A stretch of 64,000 nt of DNA from Podarcis vaucheri (taxonomy: Eukaryota). Of this stretch, positions 38,602 to 51,783 are shown in pieces. Location of the stretch: assembly GCA_965113315.1 (NCBI GenBank), contig OZ220369.1. The stretch is one strand, 5' to 3'. The translations under genes and the position numbers were made by a program. The notes under the pieces were generated by a model, which saw only the letters and a list, made by a program, of their open reading frames with translations, was not told the origin of the DNA and did not search any database. Position 1 is the first letter of the stretch; the number at the start of each line of letters is the position of its first letter.

Positions 38602-38832
38602 CAGTGGTACCTCGGGTTAAGTACTTAATTCGTTCCGGAGGTCCGTTCTTAACCTGAAACTGTTCTTAACCTGAAGCACCACTTTAGCTAATGGGGCCTC
38701 TTGCTGCTGCCGCCCGATTTCTGTTCTCATCCTGAAGCAAAGTTCTTAACCCGAGGTACTATTTCTGGGTTAGCGGAGTCTGTAACCTGAAGCGTATGTA
38801 AGCTGAAGCGTATGTAACCCGAGGTACCACTG
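38602..38832. mobile_element. Tigger-like MITE (opposite orientation to the 37946 copy)
   Basis: Same TIRs, TA TSD. Confidence 0.9.
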
Positions 38833-38869
38833 TATATAATATCTGTTTGAAATGTACAGATAATTACAA

Positions 38870-39455
38870 TAAAAACTGCATGGCAACAGCCCTTTCATTG
38901 AAAGCAGTCAGTTTTCAAAGCCTGTTGGAGAAGAAAGTCCTCACCTGCCGGTGGAAGGACAAGGAGGGAGACAGTCGAGCTTCTCCAGGTAGGGAGTTCC
39001 AGAGACTGGGAGCAGCCACTGAGAAGGCCCTTTCCCACCAAGTGGGCCTGTGTGGGTAACTGCACTTAGAGAAGTGTCTCATCTGAAGATCTCAAAACCC
39101 CAGCGGGTTCATATGAGGAAATATGATATTTAGGATAGCTTGGACCATAGGGCTTTATAGTTCATAACCAGCCCAGAAACAGACTGATGGAGCTCTTCTG
39201 ACAAAGGAGTCACCAGCTCCCTATAACCAGCCTTGGTCAGCAATCTGTCTGTAGCTCTTTGAGCCAGCTGAAGTTTGCGAGCACTTTTCAAAGGCAACCC
39301 CACATAGAGCACATTACAGTAATCCAAACAGGATGTAACTAAGGCGTGTGTCACTGTGGCCAAATCAGACATCTCAAGGAAAAGGCGCCGCTGGCGCACT
39401 AGACTTAAGTGTGCAGATGCACTCCTGGCCACTGCAGAAACCTGGCCATCCAGGT
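38870..39455 (-). mobile_element. Older L2 LINE fragment
   Basis: HALVTSCLDYCNVLYVGLP...KLQL peptide; the 3' end probably continues to about 38460 across the MITE. Confidence 0.8.
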
Positions 39456-39778
39456 TGCTGCTTCAGTTTTTTGTTCACCACTTAGATATGTTTTGATTAT
39501 GATGCAGTATATAAATTAAATAAATAAATTACTTATGACAAACACTGGTTCAGAACCAAGACAGCTTCCTTTGATTTAGGTGTAAAGAAAAAATAGAGCC
39601 GGGTGTCATCATCATACTGGTGACACCGAACCCTGAAACTTGGGACAACCTCTCCCAGTCCCACCTCTAATTTCCTAAGGCAAGATTAATATACTGCTAG
39701 GTACGCTGTGAAGCTACCGTAATTCTTTCACCAGTACAAGCTGCTCAATAAAGGAATCTCCTCACTCACATTTATTCA

Positions 39779-40042
39779 GCCTTCTGGCGGTTCCCTTGCT
39801 GTGTGAAGTGAGGCTGCAGGGAACCAGGCAGAGGGCCTTCTTGGTAGTGGTGCCCGCCCTGTGGAACACCCTCCTACCAGATGTCAAAGAAATAAACAAT
39901 TATCTGACTTTTTAGAAGACACCTGAAGGCAGCCCTGTTTAGGGAAGCTTTTTATATTTGATGAATTATTGTATTTTAATATTTTGCTGGAAGCCGCCCA
40001 GAGTGATTTGGAAAACCCAGCCAGATGGGCAGGGTATAAATA

Positions 40043-40093
<51 letters not shown>
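39779..40093 (+). mobile_element. L2 LINE 3' fragment
   Basis: Same family, with a long (TTA)n tail. Confidence 0.85.
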
Positions 40094-40116
40094 CTCTCTA
40101 ATTATATAATAAAAAA

Positions 40117-40467
40117 GGGACGTGGGTGGTGCTGTGGGTTAAACCACAGAGCCTAGGACTTGCTGATCAGAAGGTCGGTGGTTCGAATCCCCGTAGCGGG
40201 GTGAGCTCCCGTTGCTCGGTCCCAGCTCCTGCCAACCTAGCAGTTCAAAAGCATATCAAAAAACAAGTAGATAAATAGGTACCACTCCGGTGGGAAGGTA
40301 AACAGCGTTTCCGTGCGCTGCTCTGGTTCACCAGAAGTGGCTTAGTCATGCTGGCCACATGACCCAGAAGCTGTACGTCGGCTCCCTCGGCCAATAAAGC
40401 AAGATGAGCGCTGCAATCCCAGAGTCGGTCACGACTGGACCTAATGGTCAGGGGTGCCTTTACCTTT
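40117..40467 (+). mobile_element. Sauria SINE
   Basis: GGGACGTGGGTGGTGCTGTGG head, GGTTCGAATCC B-box, CCTTTACCTTT tail. Confidence 0.9.
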
Positions 40468-41149
40468 TTATAATTTTAAAACACAGGTGCGTGCATATGC
40501 AATTTAAGATGTATGCAATGGCAGACTGGAAAGTGCTTTATGCCAAATCAAGACTCCACCGAGCCCCATATCATCTGCCTAGCAGTGACTCTCCAGGGTC
40601 ACAGATCGCTTGCTGTTTGCCTTATGGCCGTCCTTTTAAACTGGCGATACCTGGAGTTGAACTAGGGCTGCATGCAAAGCACATGCTGTACCACCACTGA
40701 ACTATTGTTCCCCCTGTAGCAAAGCAGGGCCAGCCCTCCTGTTTTTGTATCCTGAACCAGTTGCCTCAGGTGGCAGATTGCATACTGATCAAAGACAGGG
40801 GTTCTGTGGCTTCAGAGCCAGCACCCTGACATCCTTGGGCAATTGCTGGGCCCCTGCACCCTGACATCACCCACTGATGTAGCCTGCCCTGCCTCCACCC
40901 TTTCCTGTTTAACCCCAGCCTGGCATTCCAAGCAGTGCCAAGAGCCTGAGATTTTAATTTCCCACAATGCCCCAATACAGCACCGCTCCAGGGTATTATG
41001 GGAAATATGAATGGTAGCTAGACCCAGCATCTCAAAACTGCTCATAGCAGGGTCACTTTCATCCTCCATCAAAGTAAGATCACCAGGTGCCACTGGTCCT
41101 ACCTAAAAGAGACTCCTAGGAGGCCAGAGGGACATTGCTGGAACAACTC

Positions 41150-41677
41150 TAGTATTCTGCTCTGGTCAGACCTCACCTGGAGTACTGTGTCCAGTTCTGG
41201 GCACCACAGTTCAAGAAGGACACTGACAAACTGGAACGTGTCCAGAGGAGGGCAACCAAAATGGTCAAAGGCCTGGAAACGATGCCTTATGAGGTACGGC
41301 TAAGGGAGCTGGGCATGTTTAGCCTGGAGAAGAGGAGGTTAAGGGGTGATATGATAGCCATGTTCAAATATATAAAAGGATACATAGAGGAGGGAGAAAG
41401 GTTGTTTTCTGCTGCTCCAGAGAAGCGGACACGGAGCAATGGATCCAAACGACAAGAAAGAAGATTCCACCTAAACATTAGGAAGAACTTCCTGACAGTA
41501 AGAGCTGTTCGACAGTGGAATTTGCTGCCAAGGAGTGTGGTGGAGTCTCCTACTTTGGAGGTCTTTAAGCAGAGGCTTGACATCCATATGTCAGGAGTGC
41601 TCTGATGGTGTTTCCTGCTTGGCAGGGGGTTGGACTCGATGGCCCTTGTGGTCTCTTCCAACTCTATGATTCTATGA
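41150..41677 (+). mobile_element. CR1 LINE 3' fragment
   Basis: [22 protein letters not shown]...WNLLP peptide; (ATTCTATG) tail. Confidence 0.93.
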
Positions 41678-44519
41678 ACTCTTGGATTGGGGCAACACAC
41701 AAAAAATGTTTTAAATGGTTCTAATTTTGGTTCCTCCGTTTTGTTTTTGTCAGGTTGATGTTGGTTAAATGTTTAGTTGGGGTTGGCGATTATTTTAATT
41801 TGGGTTTAACTGTAAACTGTTTATTCTTGTTATTCTTCTTGTTATTGTTATCTATTTATTGGTTTGTTTGTTGCTCGTATAGGATATTTTGCCTTTTAAT
41901 GTTTGATGCTTTGTTGTGTTTTTATATGTTGTAAGTGGTTGGGGGAAACCCAGCAAGATAGGCAGGATATAAATGTTAAAAATATTATTATTATTTAAAA
42001 GAAGGAACCTCACTAGAAAGTAAGTTGTGCAGCCCCCCCCCTTTTGCCACATGTCCACTTTCAGTGAGAAATCTATATTCATATATGTGGCTGTGTACAC
42101 ACAACATTTTATTTCAGAATCAATGGAAGCTGGAGAATCACTGGAAAAGAATGGAGACTTCTGTTTTCTACGCAATCCACACACAATCTAGATCCATTGC
42201 CTATCTCTGTTGCCCCTGAAAAGCACTTCTTGAAAAACTGGTTTCATTCAAAAAAATAAAAGCTCATTGCAGATTGATTCCGCATTTCCTCACAGTGTGT
42301 CCATTTGAAGAAGAAAAAAGATGCACACACACAAAGGCGGTCCCAGTAATGAGGTGTTTCCACGCCTGCCCAATGACGTTGTGGGTGGACCTTGATTATT
42401 GCAACCGCCACTTCCTCCTTCTCTCACCTGGAGCACGTGCAGGGAAGAAAAGGCATGCATAATCGAATCAAGGTGCGGGCTTTCAAACACGTACCAAACA
42501 AACCACACCCACCTTTCTTTGGGCAGCGGTATCTAGAATCAATCTAGATTAAGAGCAGCACGTTGAGGACGAGCTTGAAGAATTCCGGATGGAGGAAAAA
42601 CTGCATTTTTGTGCTAAGGACGTATTAGCGTGCACACAGCTTGTGTTAAGCGTGATACCCCGTTTGACCTTGGATTTGCTTTTGTAAGGCAGACATGCCT
42701 CGCTGTATCTTTGAAAGATAAATGGCAGAAAAAGGATCTATTAACTGCCTTCAATTTTGTTATCTCTGTTTCTCAGTGGGGCACCCCGGCTTCATGCAGT
42801 GGAAGAGCAATTTGGTTGGTTTCATTTTTCTTTTCTTTTTTGTCCTTTTCAATCTTGGTAACATTCTTCTCCCACAGCTTGTTGAACAAATGAAGCCCAG
42901 TACTCAAAATGCATGCGTATACCGCCCTCTCCTGACACACGACTATTATTACGTTAACTGACAGTAACTTCTTTTCTCAATGTATTTTGTTTTCTGTTTC
43001 ACAGAATCATGGAATCACCTAGTTCAACTCCCTCAATGCAGGAATATGCAGCTGTCCCATACCTAAATCAACCTGCAACTGTGGTCTTATCAGCATATTT
43101 CACATGGGATCAAAGGCATACAAATACAGGGCTCATGTATGTTTAAGAGCATAGGTAGGCAACCTAAGGCCAGGGGGTCAGATCCAGCCCAATCACCTTC
43201 TAAATCTGGCCCGCAGATGGTCCAAGTTTGCTGACCCCTGGCTAAGAGAGATGGTTGAACCTATCAGTTCTGGTTTCTCAGTTTCTAACTTTCCAATCTT
43301 AGGTTCAGTTTTCCATATTTACACATCAGTTTGGAAATCTATTTGCTTAAATTCCTCATGAAAAATTGTCAGCATTTTACAGCAAATTTCCTCATGCATA
43401 TATGTGTGTGTGTGCATCTATTTTTGTCTAAAATGCACAATTTTGCAAAGCAATTATCCCCTAATACAATGCATTTCTCTTGGTTTCTCATTTTTCCAGC
43501 CTTCAGTTCTCTGCATTTCTATGTCTGTTTGTGATTTTAAAACAGTCCTCATGAAAATTAATTCACACTTTAGCATAAATTTATCCTGATATACAGGATT
43601 ATGCAAAGCATTTTTCCATAATATAATCCATTTTTGTGTATTTCCCAAAGTATATATGCATTTTACATGCACTATTGTGCATTTTTGTGCACATTAGTTT
43701 GCTGAAGAACTGCACTGCAAGATTTGGAAAAGTGTGGATTTCAGAGGGTGGCTGTGTTTCTTTTTGGATATTGTTTCTGAAAGTTTGCATTAGGTAAATC
43801 CAGCTCTAAATGCAAACTGAAAAGAATTTCTCCCTCATCCCCATTGCTGAATAGTTGGAAGAATAAATTTTATCAGGTATGACTCTCTTAAGCCATTTTA
43901 TTATGCTACACAAGAAATACAGAAATGAAACCAAACTTCAGACACAGAGTACTATTTGAAAGTTTATGAACTAGATCTCATAGTCAGATGGAAATGGTTG
44001 CCTCAGAAATAAATTAACTGCTTAATGGGAAGGTCATGGGAGATTCTAAAGGTTTCTAAGAGGTATGGGAATTTGGGAGTAGAAACAGATGACACTGTGT
44101 TGAATACGGCATTGTCTAAACCTCTGCTGGAAGCCACATCTGCCAGGGTCCAGGAAGCATCTCTGAAGACACTTCTTCAATGGCATTGGACTCCCTGGAG
44201 TCGATCTCAGATCAATATGCCCATCTTTCCCCTTTGCTGACGCGGCTGCAATGCTACAAGGACATTTTTAACATGCGCCCCAAAGTGGCAACATTTTGGG
44301 AATTGGTAATTTGGGAAATTGCCAATATTATTTGCCAACCATCAACTCCGGAGCTCAAACTGCTGTCACCGGGTACTGATTCTAATCATCTCATGTGAGT
44401 AAAGAGCTGCTTTCGCTATTCCAGGCTGCTGCAAGAATAAAAGTTGGTGGATGCTGGAATTTGGTAAAAAGTCCTCCGGGGAGGGGTGGCTAAACAGTGT
44501 TTGGGCTATAGCCCTATCT

Positions 44520-44941
44520 CAGGGGTAATTGTCCTTTGTTTTTTCCGGTGTTATGCTTCGCTGACTAGCTGTACGAGTTAATCTGGTCAGTGACCGTTTA
44601 ATAAAATTTGATTTGATTTGATATCTCAGGGGTCAGCAAGCTTTATCTCGCCTGGTCCGGTTCCCTCCAGCAGATATCCCTCTGTGGGCCGGATTGCGCG
44701 CGCGTATCCACGCACACCCACGATTTCCGGCGTCTGCACAGACCCAATTTTTGACATTTGCGCATGTGCAGATGCGATTTCCATTGCCGTGGAAGCAAGT
44801 CCCCACACCATGCCGCACCGGTTTAACGCAGCGCGCGGGGACTCACCGAGCAGGCGGCTCAATTTGGGGGCAGCTCGTGGGCCAGTTAAACGACCCCCGT
44901 GGGTTGCTTGTGGCCCATGGGCCTTAGGCTGCCTACCCTTG
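44520..44941. mobile_element. hAT-type MITE interrupted by a short LINE tail
   Basis: 8-bp TSD CCCTATCT (44512..44519, 44942..44949); CAGGGGT terminus. Confidence 0.8.
44527..44621 (+). mobile_element. 95-bp LINE 3' end with (ATTTG)n tail
   Basis: 12-bp TSD TATCTCAGGGGT (44515..44526, 44622..44633); ends AATAAAATTTGATTTGATTTGA. Confidence 0.75.
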
Positions 44942-45963
44942 CCCTATCTGAACACCTCACCCCTCACCAGAGAGGGTGATAAAAGGCGACCAATCTCATA
45001 AGAGCATGGCATTCATTTCTCTGCTTTAGGAATGAAAACAGGCAGGCATGTCCACCTCTGCTAACCCAGGTAACCTTCTGGAGGGGCTATTTGAATATGA
45101 TCTGATTTGGAGGGGTTGAAAATGATAGCATACTACTTTGCAATAGGGCACCTGACCTTAACTTCTGTCCGCCATATGTATGCAAAGAGCATTGTGACTA
45201 GTGTTGTTCGTTCACAAAATTAAATCAACAATTGGGGGGGGGGAGGGAAAGACATATATTATGATAAAGGGAAAGGATGGCTTTTGTGGCCTTGAGACAG
45301 CAAGCTGCACCTGCCAAGATTCCACCTTCTACACACCTGTACAACATACAGCAGCTGTGGGTCATAGGGAAAAGACCATGGCTCAGGAGCACAACACCTG
45401 GTTTGTTTGTAAAAGGTTCCAGGTTCTAATCCTTGGTATGAGGAAAGACCTCTGTCTGTGAGACACCCTGGAATGCTCATGCCAGTCAGTGTGCCTGTAA
45501 TGCTTTCGGGGCAGCAGCGCTTCTAAATGCCAGGAGCACAGGAGGAGAGAGAGCTCTTGTGCTCATGTTCTGTTCCTTTGTTTCTCCCTGGCATCTGGTT
45601 GGACACTGCGAGAACAGGATGCTGGGCTGGGTGGGTTATTGGCCTGATCCATCAGGCTGTTCTGGCTTGGTGACATAAATATATTCTTATGAGCTGGGGG
45701 CGATTGGGATGTATGCCTGGGCCCCCTTTCTAATTCCTGGAATAGCCAGGCTAGTTTACTGGTGAGCTAATGGGCCATGAAGGAAACAAAGCAATGGCTC
45801 TGGCTGGTAGTCAGAAAAAAAAGGTGAGAGTTGAGTTGAGAGTTGAGCCAGAAGCTGGAGGCAAAGTGGCAAGCTGAGAAGCCAGAGAGTCAGAGAGGCA
45901 AGGTCCTTTTGGAGCGTTAATGTTGTGAACCCACCATCATAGGCTCAAGTTGAATATACAGTA

Positions 45964-46161
45964 CAGTGGTACCTCGGGTTAAATACTTAATTCATTCTGG
46001 AGGTCCGTTCTTAACCTGAAACTGTTCTTAACCTGAAGCACCACTTTAGCTAATGGGGCCTCCTGCTGCCACCACGCTGCCGGAGCCCGATTTCTGTTCT
46101 TATCCTAATCTGGGTTAGCGGAGTGTGTAAACTGAAGCGTATGTAACCTGAGGTACCACTG
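45964..46161. mobile_element. Tigger-like MITE, internally deleted
   Basis: Same TIRs, TA TSD. Confidence 0.88.
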
Positions 46162-46183
46162 TATGTGTAAATAAACCATTTAT

Positions 46184-46594
46184 AGTAGTGATGTATGGAA
46201 GTGAGAGCTGGACCATAAAGAAGGCTGATCGCCGAAGAATTGATGCTTTTGAATTATGGTGCTGGAGGAGACTCTTGAGAGTCCCATGGACTGCAAGAAG
46301 ATCAAACCTATCCATTCTTAAGGAAATCAGCCCTGAGTGCTCACTGGAAGGACAGGCTCCAATACTTTGGCCACCTCATAAGAAGACTCCCTGGAAAAGA
46401 CCCTGATGTTGGGAAAGATGGAGGGCACAAGGAGAAGGGGACGACAGAGGACGAGATGGTTGGACAGTGTTCTTGAAGCTACCAGCATGAGTTTAACTAG
46501 ACTGCGGGAGGCAGTGGAAGACAGGAGTTCCTGGCGTGCTCTGGTACATGGTGTCACGAAGAGTCGGACACGACTAAACGACTAAACAACAACA
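46184..46594 (+). mobile_element. Bov-B (RTE clade) LINE, 5'-truncated
   Basis: MYGSESWTIKKADRRRIDAFELWCWRRLLRVPWTARRSN peptide, (AAC)n tail, 11-bp TSD AAACCATTTAT. Confidence 0.93.
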
Positions 46595-48238
46595 AAACCA
46601 TTTATCTTAAAAGACACCACTCTGCTGTATCTCATTCCAAAGGAGACATGAAGCCTGGGTAAGCATCTGGAAGCTCTGGAATCTTGCAGTGCTCAGAGAT
46701 TGGGGTGTGGGAGCCATGAAGCCATGGCAAAGGCTTGTAGCGCCACCTGGTGCCTCACTGACCTCGGTGACCTGCATGTCCGTGCCTTGCAGTGTATTAA
46801 GTGCATAACCTTATATGGGAATGGGTGGGTTAAAGCCATGACCGGATGTAGGTAACGTGAGACATTGGCAAACGGCCATGCGACAGGAGAGAACAAAGGA
46901 TAATAAAAGAGACTGGGGAGGAGAGAAGTTCGAAAGGAGCTGCTCATACCATCCTGAAAATATTGCTGGCTCTCTGTGTCTTTATTTTATGCTAAACTGC
47001 GCCATTTGTGACGGCTGGCTTCCGTCATTGGGGTGGGGTGCAACAATATTAGTATTTTTGATGGATCTTTTGTGCAAATTTTCCCATCGGATTCTGGGAA
47101 CCCAACACTTTTGCTGAATATCTCATAAAATCCTGAAGGAATAGTGAAAATTGTTCAAAGCTGCATTGGAGGAAAAGAGAATTTGGGATAGCCAGGAGCA
47201 AAGCTTTATACCCATCCCATTTCTCACACTGTAATCTTCCCACAACCAACAATGTACAATTTCTTCTCATAATTTGCACAATGAAATAACAAGAGCAGCA
47301 GCAACAACAATAATATATAGTTCTTTGCCCAAATGCTCAAAAGCACTTCATATAATTTGCTCCGTAACCCTTAGAAAACAAACCCTGAAAATTCAGCCAG
47401 TGTTTCATTCCCAAATTACAAAAGTGGGTAGGTGAGAAATCTGAGACAAATAATACAGATCTGTTAATTTGTAGTAAAGCAAGAATGAAAAGATTGTGTC
47501 GAGCGACACAGTTCATAACAACTCCATTATTTATTTCATCCTGCTTGTTTTGAAATCTTCTTCTGGTTTTGCAGATACATGTATTCAATGCACAGACTAG
47601 TAAGTCTTAAAAAGTTATCTTTATCACAGAGAACAAAATAAAAGACAGTGAAAAGTCACACGCAACAATAGACTGGTTTCTTCCACCACATATTTGTTTA
47701 CTAAGATTTAAATAAGCCTTGTGGGCAGCCCCTTTTCTCCTCCCTTTGCAAGAGGAGTGAACAGACAAGGAACCCTGAAAATAACTATGGTTTCCTGTTT
47801 CAACTGACCCAGGAAACTATGGCCAATGGCTTCAGAACAAGCCAGGATATCAGGGCTGCAATCCTACACCTGCTCACATAGGAATAAGTCCCACTGAAAT
47901 TAATGAGTATTACTCCTGCATAAGACTGCACTGTAGGGTATCTTCAAACCACGAATTCATACATACTGGTTTGTTCTGAAGTCATTAACCACAGTTTCCT
48001 GGTTTGGAAGAAATGGAAGACTTCCATTCCGTTACTGTAATACTTCCTAGTTTGTTCAGCCAGAGAGGAAAATGGAGGGGTTGCATGCAAGTTGCCAAAA
48101 AGCGTCACTAAGCCGAGTTATAATCAGCTGAATACAGTCAATGAGACCGTCATCATCTACCCCATAGGAAACTATGAGTGCAGGTGGGGTACAGTTTATG
48201 CATTGGCAGCTATGTCAAACCCGGAAGGAGTTTCAGGA

Positions 48239-49375
48239 CTAGGAGCACTTCTTAAACCGAATCATTTTCTGAAAAGCCTGTTTGAAGTCTTCGTTAAAGG
48301 CAGTATATATCACAGGGTTGATCAGCGAGTTCAGGTAGCCTAGCCATGTGAAAATGTCAAGCAGAATGGGATGAGACCAGCAAGCTTCGTGACAGATAGG
48401 CAGGACTAAAGACACCACAAAGAATGGGAGCCAGCAGAAAATGAACGCTCCTAAAATAATCCCCAGAGTTTTTGTGGCTTTTCTTTCCCGGGCCGCTGAA
48501 ATCCGTTTCCTCTCCAGGATGCTATCGGCGACTTTGATCCTTACGTGGTTGATTAATACTGGGGAGCTGCTGGAATGAGAATGCCCTTCCTGAAGGTTTG
48601 AGCTGAGGGAGCAGAGGGAGGAGCCTGCTGAGCCAGTGATCAGGTGGGCCGTGGTAAATCGCTTCCCGTACAGCGATGGCGGCTTAAGAATCCGGGACCG
48701 AGCGGCCACGTAAATCCTACCGTAGAGGATGATGAGCAGCACCGTTGGGATATAGAAGGCGCCGCAGGTGGAGTAAATGGTGTAGGAGATCTGATCCGTA
48801 TTCACGACGCAGTGCAGTATTTCTTCCTGAGCTTTGGCTTGTCTCCAGAAAAGGGGCGGCATGGAGATGCAGATGGAAATGACCCAAACCACAGTGATCA
48901 TCAAGGCGGCTCTGCTGGCAGTCCGGCGCTTGGTATATTCGAGAGCATCCGTGATGGCCCAGTACCGGTCCAAGGCAATCACGCAAAGGTGCAAGATGGA
49001 GGCCGTACAGCAGGTGATGTCTGAGGACAACCAGATGTCGCACATGATTTGGCCAAAGTTCCATTCGTGGCTAATGGTGTAAGCAATGCTGATTGGCATG
49101 ACCAGGATGGACACTAAAAGGTCAGTGGCAGCCAAAGAGCCAATGAGGTAATTTGCAGGAGTGTGGAGTTTCCTGGTCAGAATGATGGTGATGATCACAA
49201 ACATATTGAAGAGCATTGTCGCCAGAGTGATCACAGCCAAGATGGCGGCAAGCGAAACCTTTAGGCCTAGCAGCGTCCCCTCATCCCACTCCTCTGGCAT
49301 TTCACTGGCATTGAGAGATCTGTTTGACATGCTGAGGAGAATAGACTTTGCAGACCAGTTGTACTGGGTCTTCAT
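48239..49375 (-). CDS. HTR1D: 5-hydroxytryptamine (serotonin) receptor 1D, class A GPCR, single coding exon
   Basis: 378-aa ORF with seven hydrophobic segments and aminergic GPCR motifs: D3.32 ([10 protein letters not shown]), DRY (ALDRYWAIT), CWLPFF, NPVIY. N-terminal [21 protein letters not shown] and ICL3 [25 protein letters not shown] match vertebrate 5-HT1D rather than 5-HT1B as I recall them. Confidence 0.97.
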   Translation of the reverse strand: MKTQYNWSAKSILLSMSNRSLNASEMPEEWDEGTLLGLKVSLAAILAVITLATMLFNMFVIITIILTRKLHTPANYLIGSLAATDLLVSILVMPISIAYTISHEWNFGQIMCDIWLSSDITCCTASILHLCVIALDRYWAITDALEYTKRRTASRAALMITVVWVISICISMPPLFWRQAKAQEEILHCVVNTDQISYTIYSTCGAFYIPTVLLIILYGRIYVAARSRILKPPSLYGKRFTTAHLITGSAGSSLCSLSSNLQEGHSHSSSSPVLINHVRIKVADSILERKRISAARERKATKTLGIILGAFIFCWLPFFVVSLVLPICHEACWSHPILLDIFTWLGYLNSLINPVIYTAFNEDFKQAFQKMIRFKKCS

Positions 49376-49506
49376 GGCTGTGTTGGATTCCTCCCCTCCT
49401 CTTTTGAACTTAATCCTTTACATATACTTGATAACGTCTGTCTCGGTCTTTAACGAAACCAGGTTTTCTGAACTAGATCTTCGAGGTTGGTAAAAAAAGC
49501 ACGCCA
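49376..49506 (-). other. HTR1D: 5' UTR portion of the HTR1D coding exon, with splice acceptor at 49506/49507
   Basis: Minus strand reads ttgtctttgcttctgtttcacag|tggcg (pyrimidine tract + CAG), with TTAAT branch-like motifs just upstream. Confidence 0.7.
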
Positions 49507-50051
49507 CTGTGAAACAGAAGCAAAGACAATAACGGAAGCATTAACCAAGCATTAACTACAGTGTGCTTTGTGATGCAGACTTTGGTACTATGGAGCCCAG
49601 TGCAAGGCCAAAATCTGGTGGACACCCCCCCCCCCCAGACCTCGTGCTGCCTTCCCAAAAGTAAGTAAGGAGGTGGTCGGCTTTGGGAGGTGCCATGAGG
49701 TTCTGGCAGGGTCCTAGAGCCCTCCTTCCCAAAGCTGGGAAAGTGCTAACTAGGCTTTGGCAAGGAGGTGGGAGGACTCTAGGACCCTGTCAGAACCTCA
49801 CACTTCCTTACCAAAGCCCAGAGCCTTGCTTAACTGGCTTTGAGATTGTGCCCCCTTTGCTTGTGGCCAGTGAGTGTGCACCACTCAGACAGCCCTACAT
49901 ACCTGTGGTATGACTTCAGCAGCTAATCCTCAGGGACATATTAACATAGGCTATACAATCAACAGTAATAATTTAATTTCTACTGCAATTCTAACCGTGT
50001 TCACTCAAAAGTAAGAGCCAAACTAGACAGTATGTGAAATATGTAATTGCA

Positions 50052-50090
<39 letters not shown>

Positions 50091-51657
50091 GTGTGTGTGT
50101 CTCTCTCACACACATATCAGCTGTTGGAGACAGAATCAGGACCAGGACTATGGCATGTGTATGTCTGTGTGTTAATACTTCCATGCTGTGCTGAAGTCCA
50201 ACCAAAAATTGCTCTTATTTGACCCAGGATGAAAGCTGCTATTTGTACAAATAGCAGTTTCCATCCTGGGCCAAACAGCAGCTTTGGGGAGGAGGGGATT
50301 TTTGTAAGGAGTGCAGTGGTGGAAGTGGGGAAGAGTTGACTCTTCACATTCACACATGTCACGCACCTTCTAGTTTGGCCCCAAGGCTTTACTGGGTTCA
50401 CTGGAACATACTCCCTAAATCTGGAGTAGCCAACATGGCACCTTCCATCTGTGGTCAGACTTCAACCCTCATCAACCTACGGCAGCATGGCCAATGTCAG
50501 GGATGATCATAACTGCAGTCCTTCAAGAACTGGAGGGCACAATAGCTAGCTCTGCCCTAGAAAGCGGTTGGATCCAGAGTTCAGCAAATGCAACTCCCAT
50601 GTAGCTCCTGTTTGCAAAATATAATGCTGCAGAATGTTCAGGAATGCTTTTACTGCATGGGAGTTAAGGCAGACACTTCAACATACAATTTCCATGAGTT
50701 TCTCTGTAAGCTCCTGAACTCTTCTCTTAAACCGATTTAAGAAAGCAAACAAACCCAAACCTTGGATATTCTGGTGTTTGTGAGTTGTATTTTCAATTAG
50801 CAAAAGCCTCCACTTTGTGCTTAGATTCTCATCCAAGAAAGAGAAAGGAAAGTGTCCCATCATCACTGTAGTGATTTACCTACCCAACTGTTCTCAGCAA
50901 ACCATCGTTCCTCTGCCTTCAGGCATTACAGGTTCCAGAGTTAAACAGGTAGAGCTGCCCAAGGAAGGAGGGAAGGACAGTAACAAAGGCCAATCCAGCA
51001 ACTGGTGCTGCTCAGGCTGTCAAAAGCAATTGCTTCCTTAGCACAGAAAAGTTTGCACTGGCATTTTGCAATGAGTCATGACAGGAAGTCCAAAAGGAAT
51101 GATGTTCGCTAAAGCGTTAAATCGTTTTCGAATATGTTATTTTCCACTGCTAAGCACCATTAAATTGCAAGGCCTTCAGGGGCAAAGATACTTTTTTTTA
51201 CCCCCCTTTTCTTTTCAGTATATAATTGTAGAAACTTGGGCAACTTTCTTGAACCCTTTAGGAAATCTATACAACTGAAGAAATACTGAACTATATACAT
51301 AGAAAAATAAATTCAGTTTTAAATGCCAAGGCACACACACCAAGTCTTTGTGATACCTGAATAGAACAAACAGAGCTCTTCTAGATCAGAGCAAGGGTCT
51401 ATCTGGTCTACAGTCCTGTTCTGTTGCACACAGTGACTTTCCAGGTGCCTCTGAGATGTCTCCAAGCAGTACAGGGAGGCAACCCCTCTCTCATAACATT
51501 AGAACTTGCTTCAGAACAGAAAGTATTTCCTTAGGTACCTCTCTATCCACTTTCTCTCTCCCTCATCATTGTCCGTTCACTGCAACGATGTCATATTGCC
51601 GAGCTGCCATCTACCGCCATGCATGGACGAAGGTCTCTGCAGGTTCTGTGATCTTAC

Positions 51658-51783
51658 CTTCTGCAAATAGTTCATGATCAGGCAGAGGATGTTTTATTAT
51701 TCTTAACTGCAAAGCCACACAGGGATCCCGGAGCAGAGAAAGACCTTGACTAGCTGACCCTGCTCATTATTCTGGGACTGGAT
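51658..51783 (-). other. Candidate non-coding 5' UTR exon of HTR1D (126 nt)
   Basis: Acceptor ctaacacgctctgtttcttcctttag| with a CTAAC branch point; donor AAG|GTAAGA. Confidence 0.6.

Noticed and set aside
40117-40195. tRNA-like A/B boxes
   Set aside because: SINE heads, not tRNA genes.
46981-47535. Candidate HTR1D polyadenylation signals (minus-strand AATAAA at 47530..47535 and 46981..46986)
   Set aside because: Plausible, but I cannot choose between them or support either without transcript data.
48644-49082. Antisense and alternate-frame ORFs over HTR1D
   Set aside because: Shadows of the real CDS.
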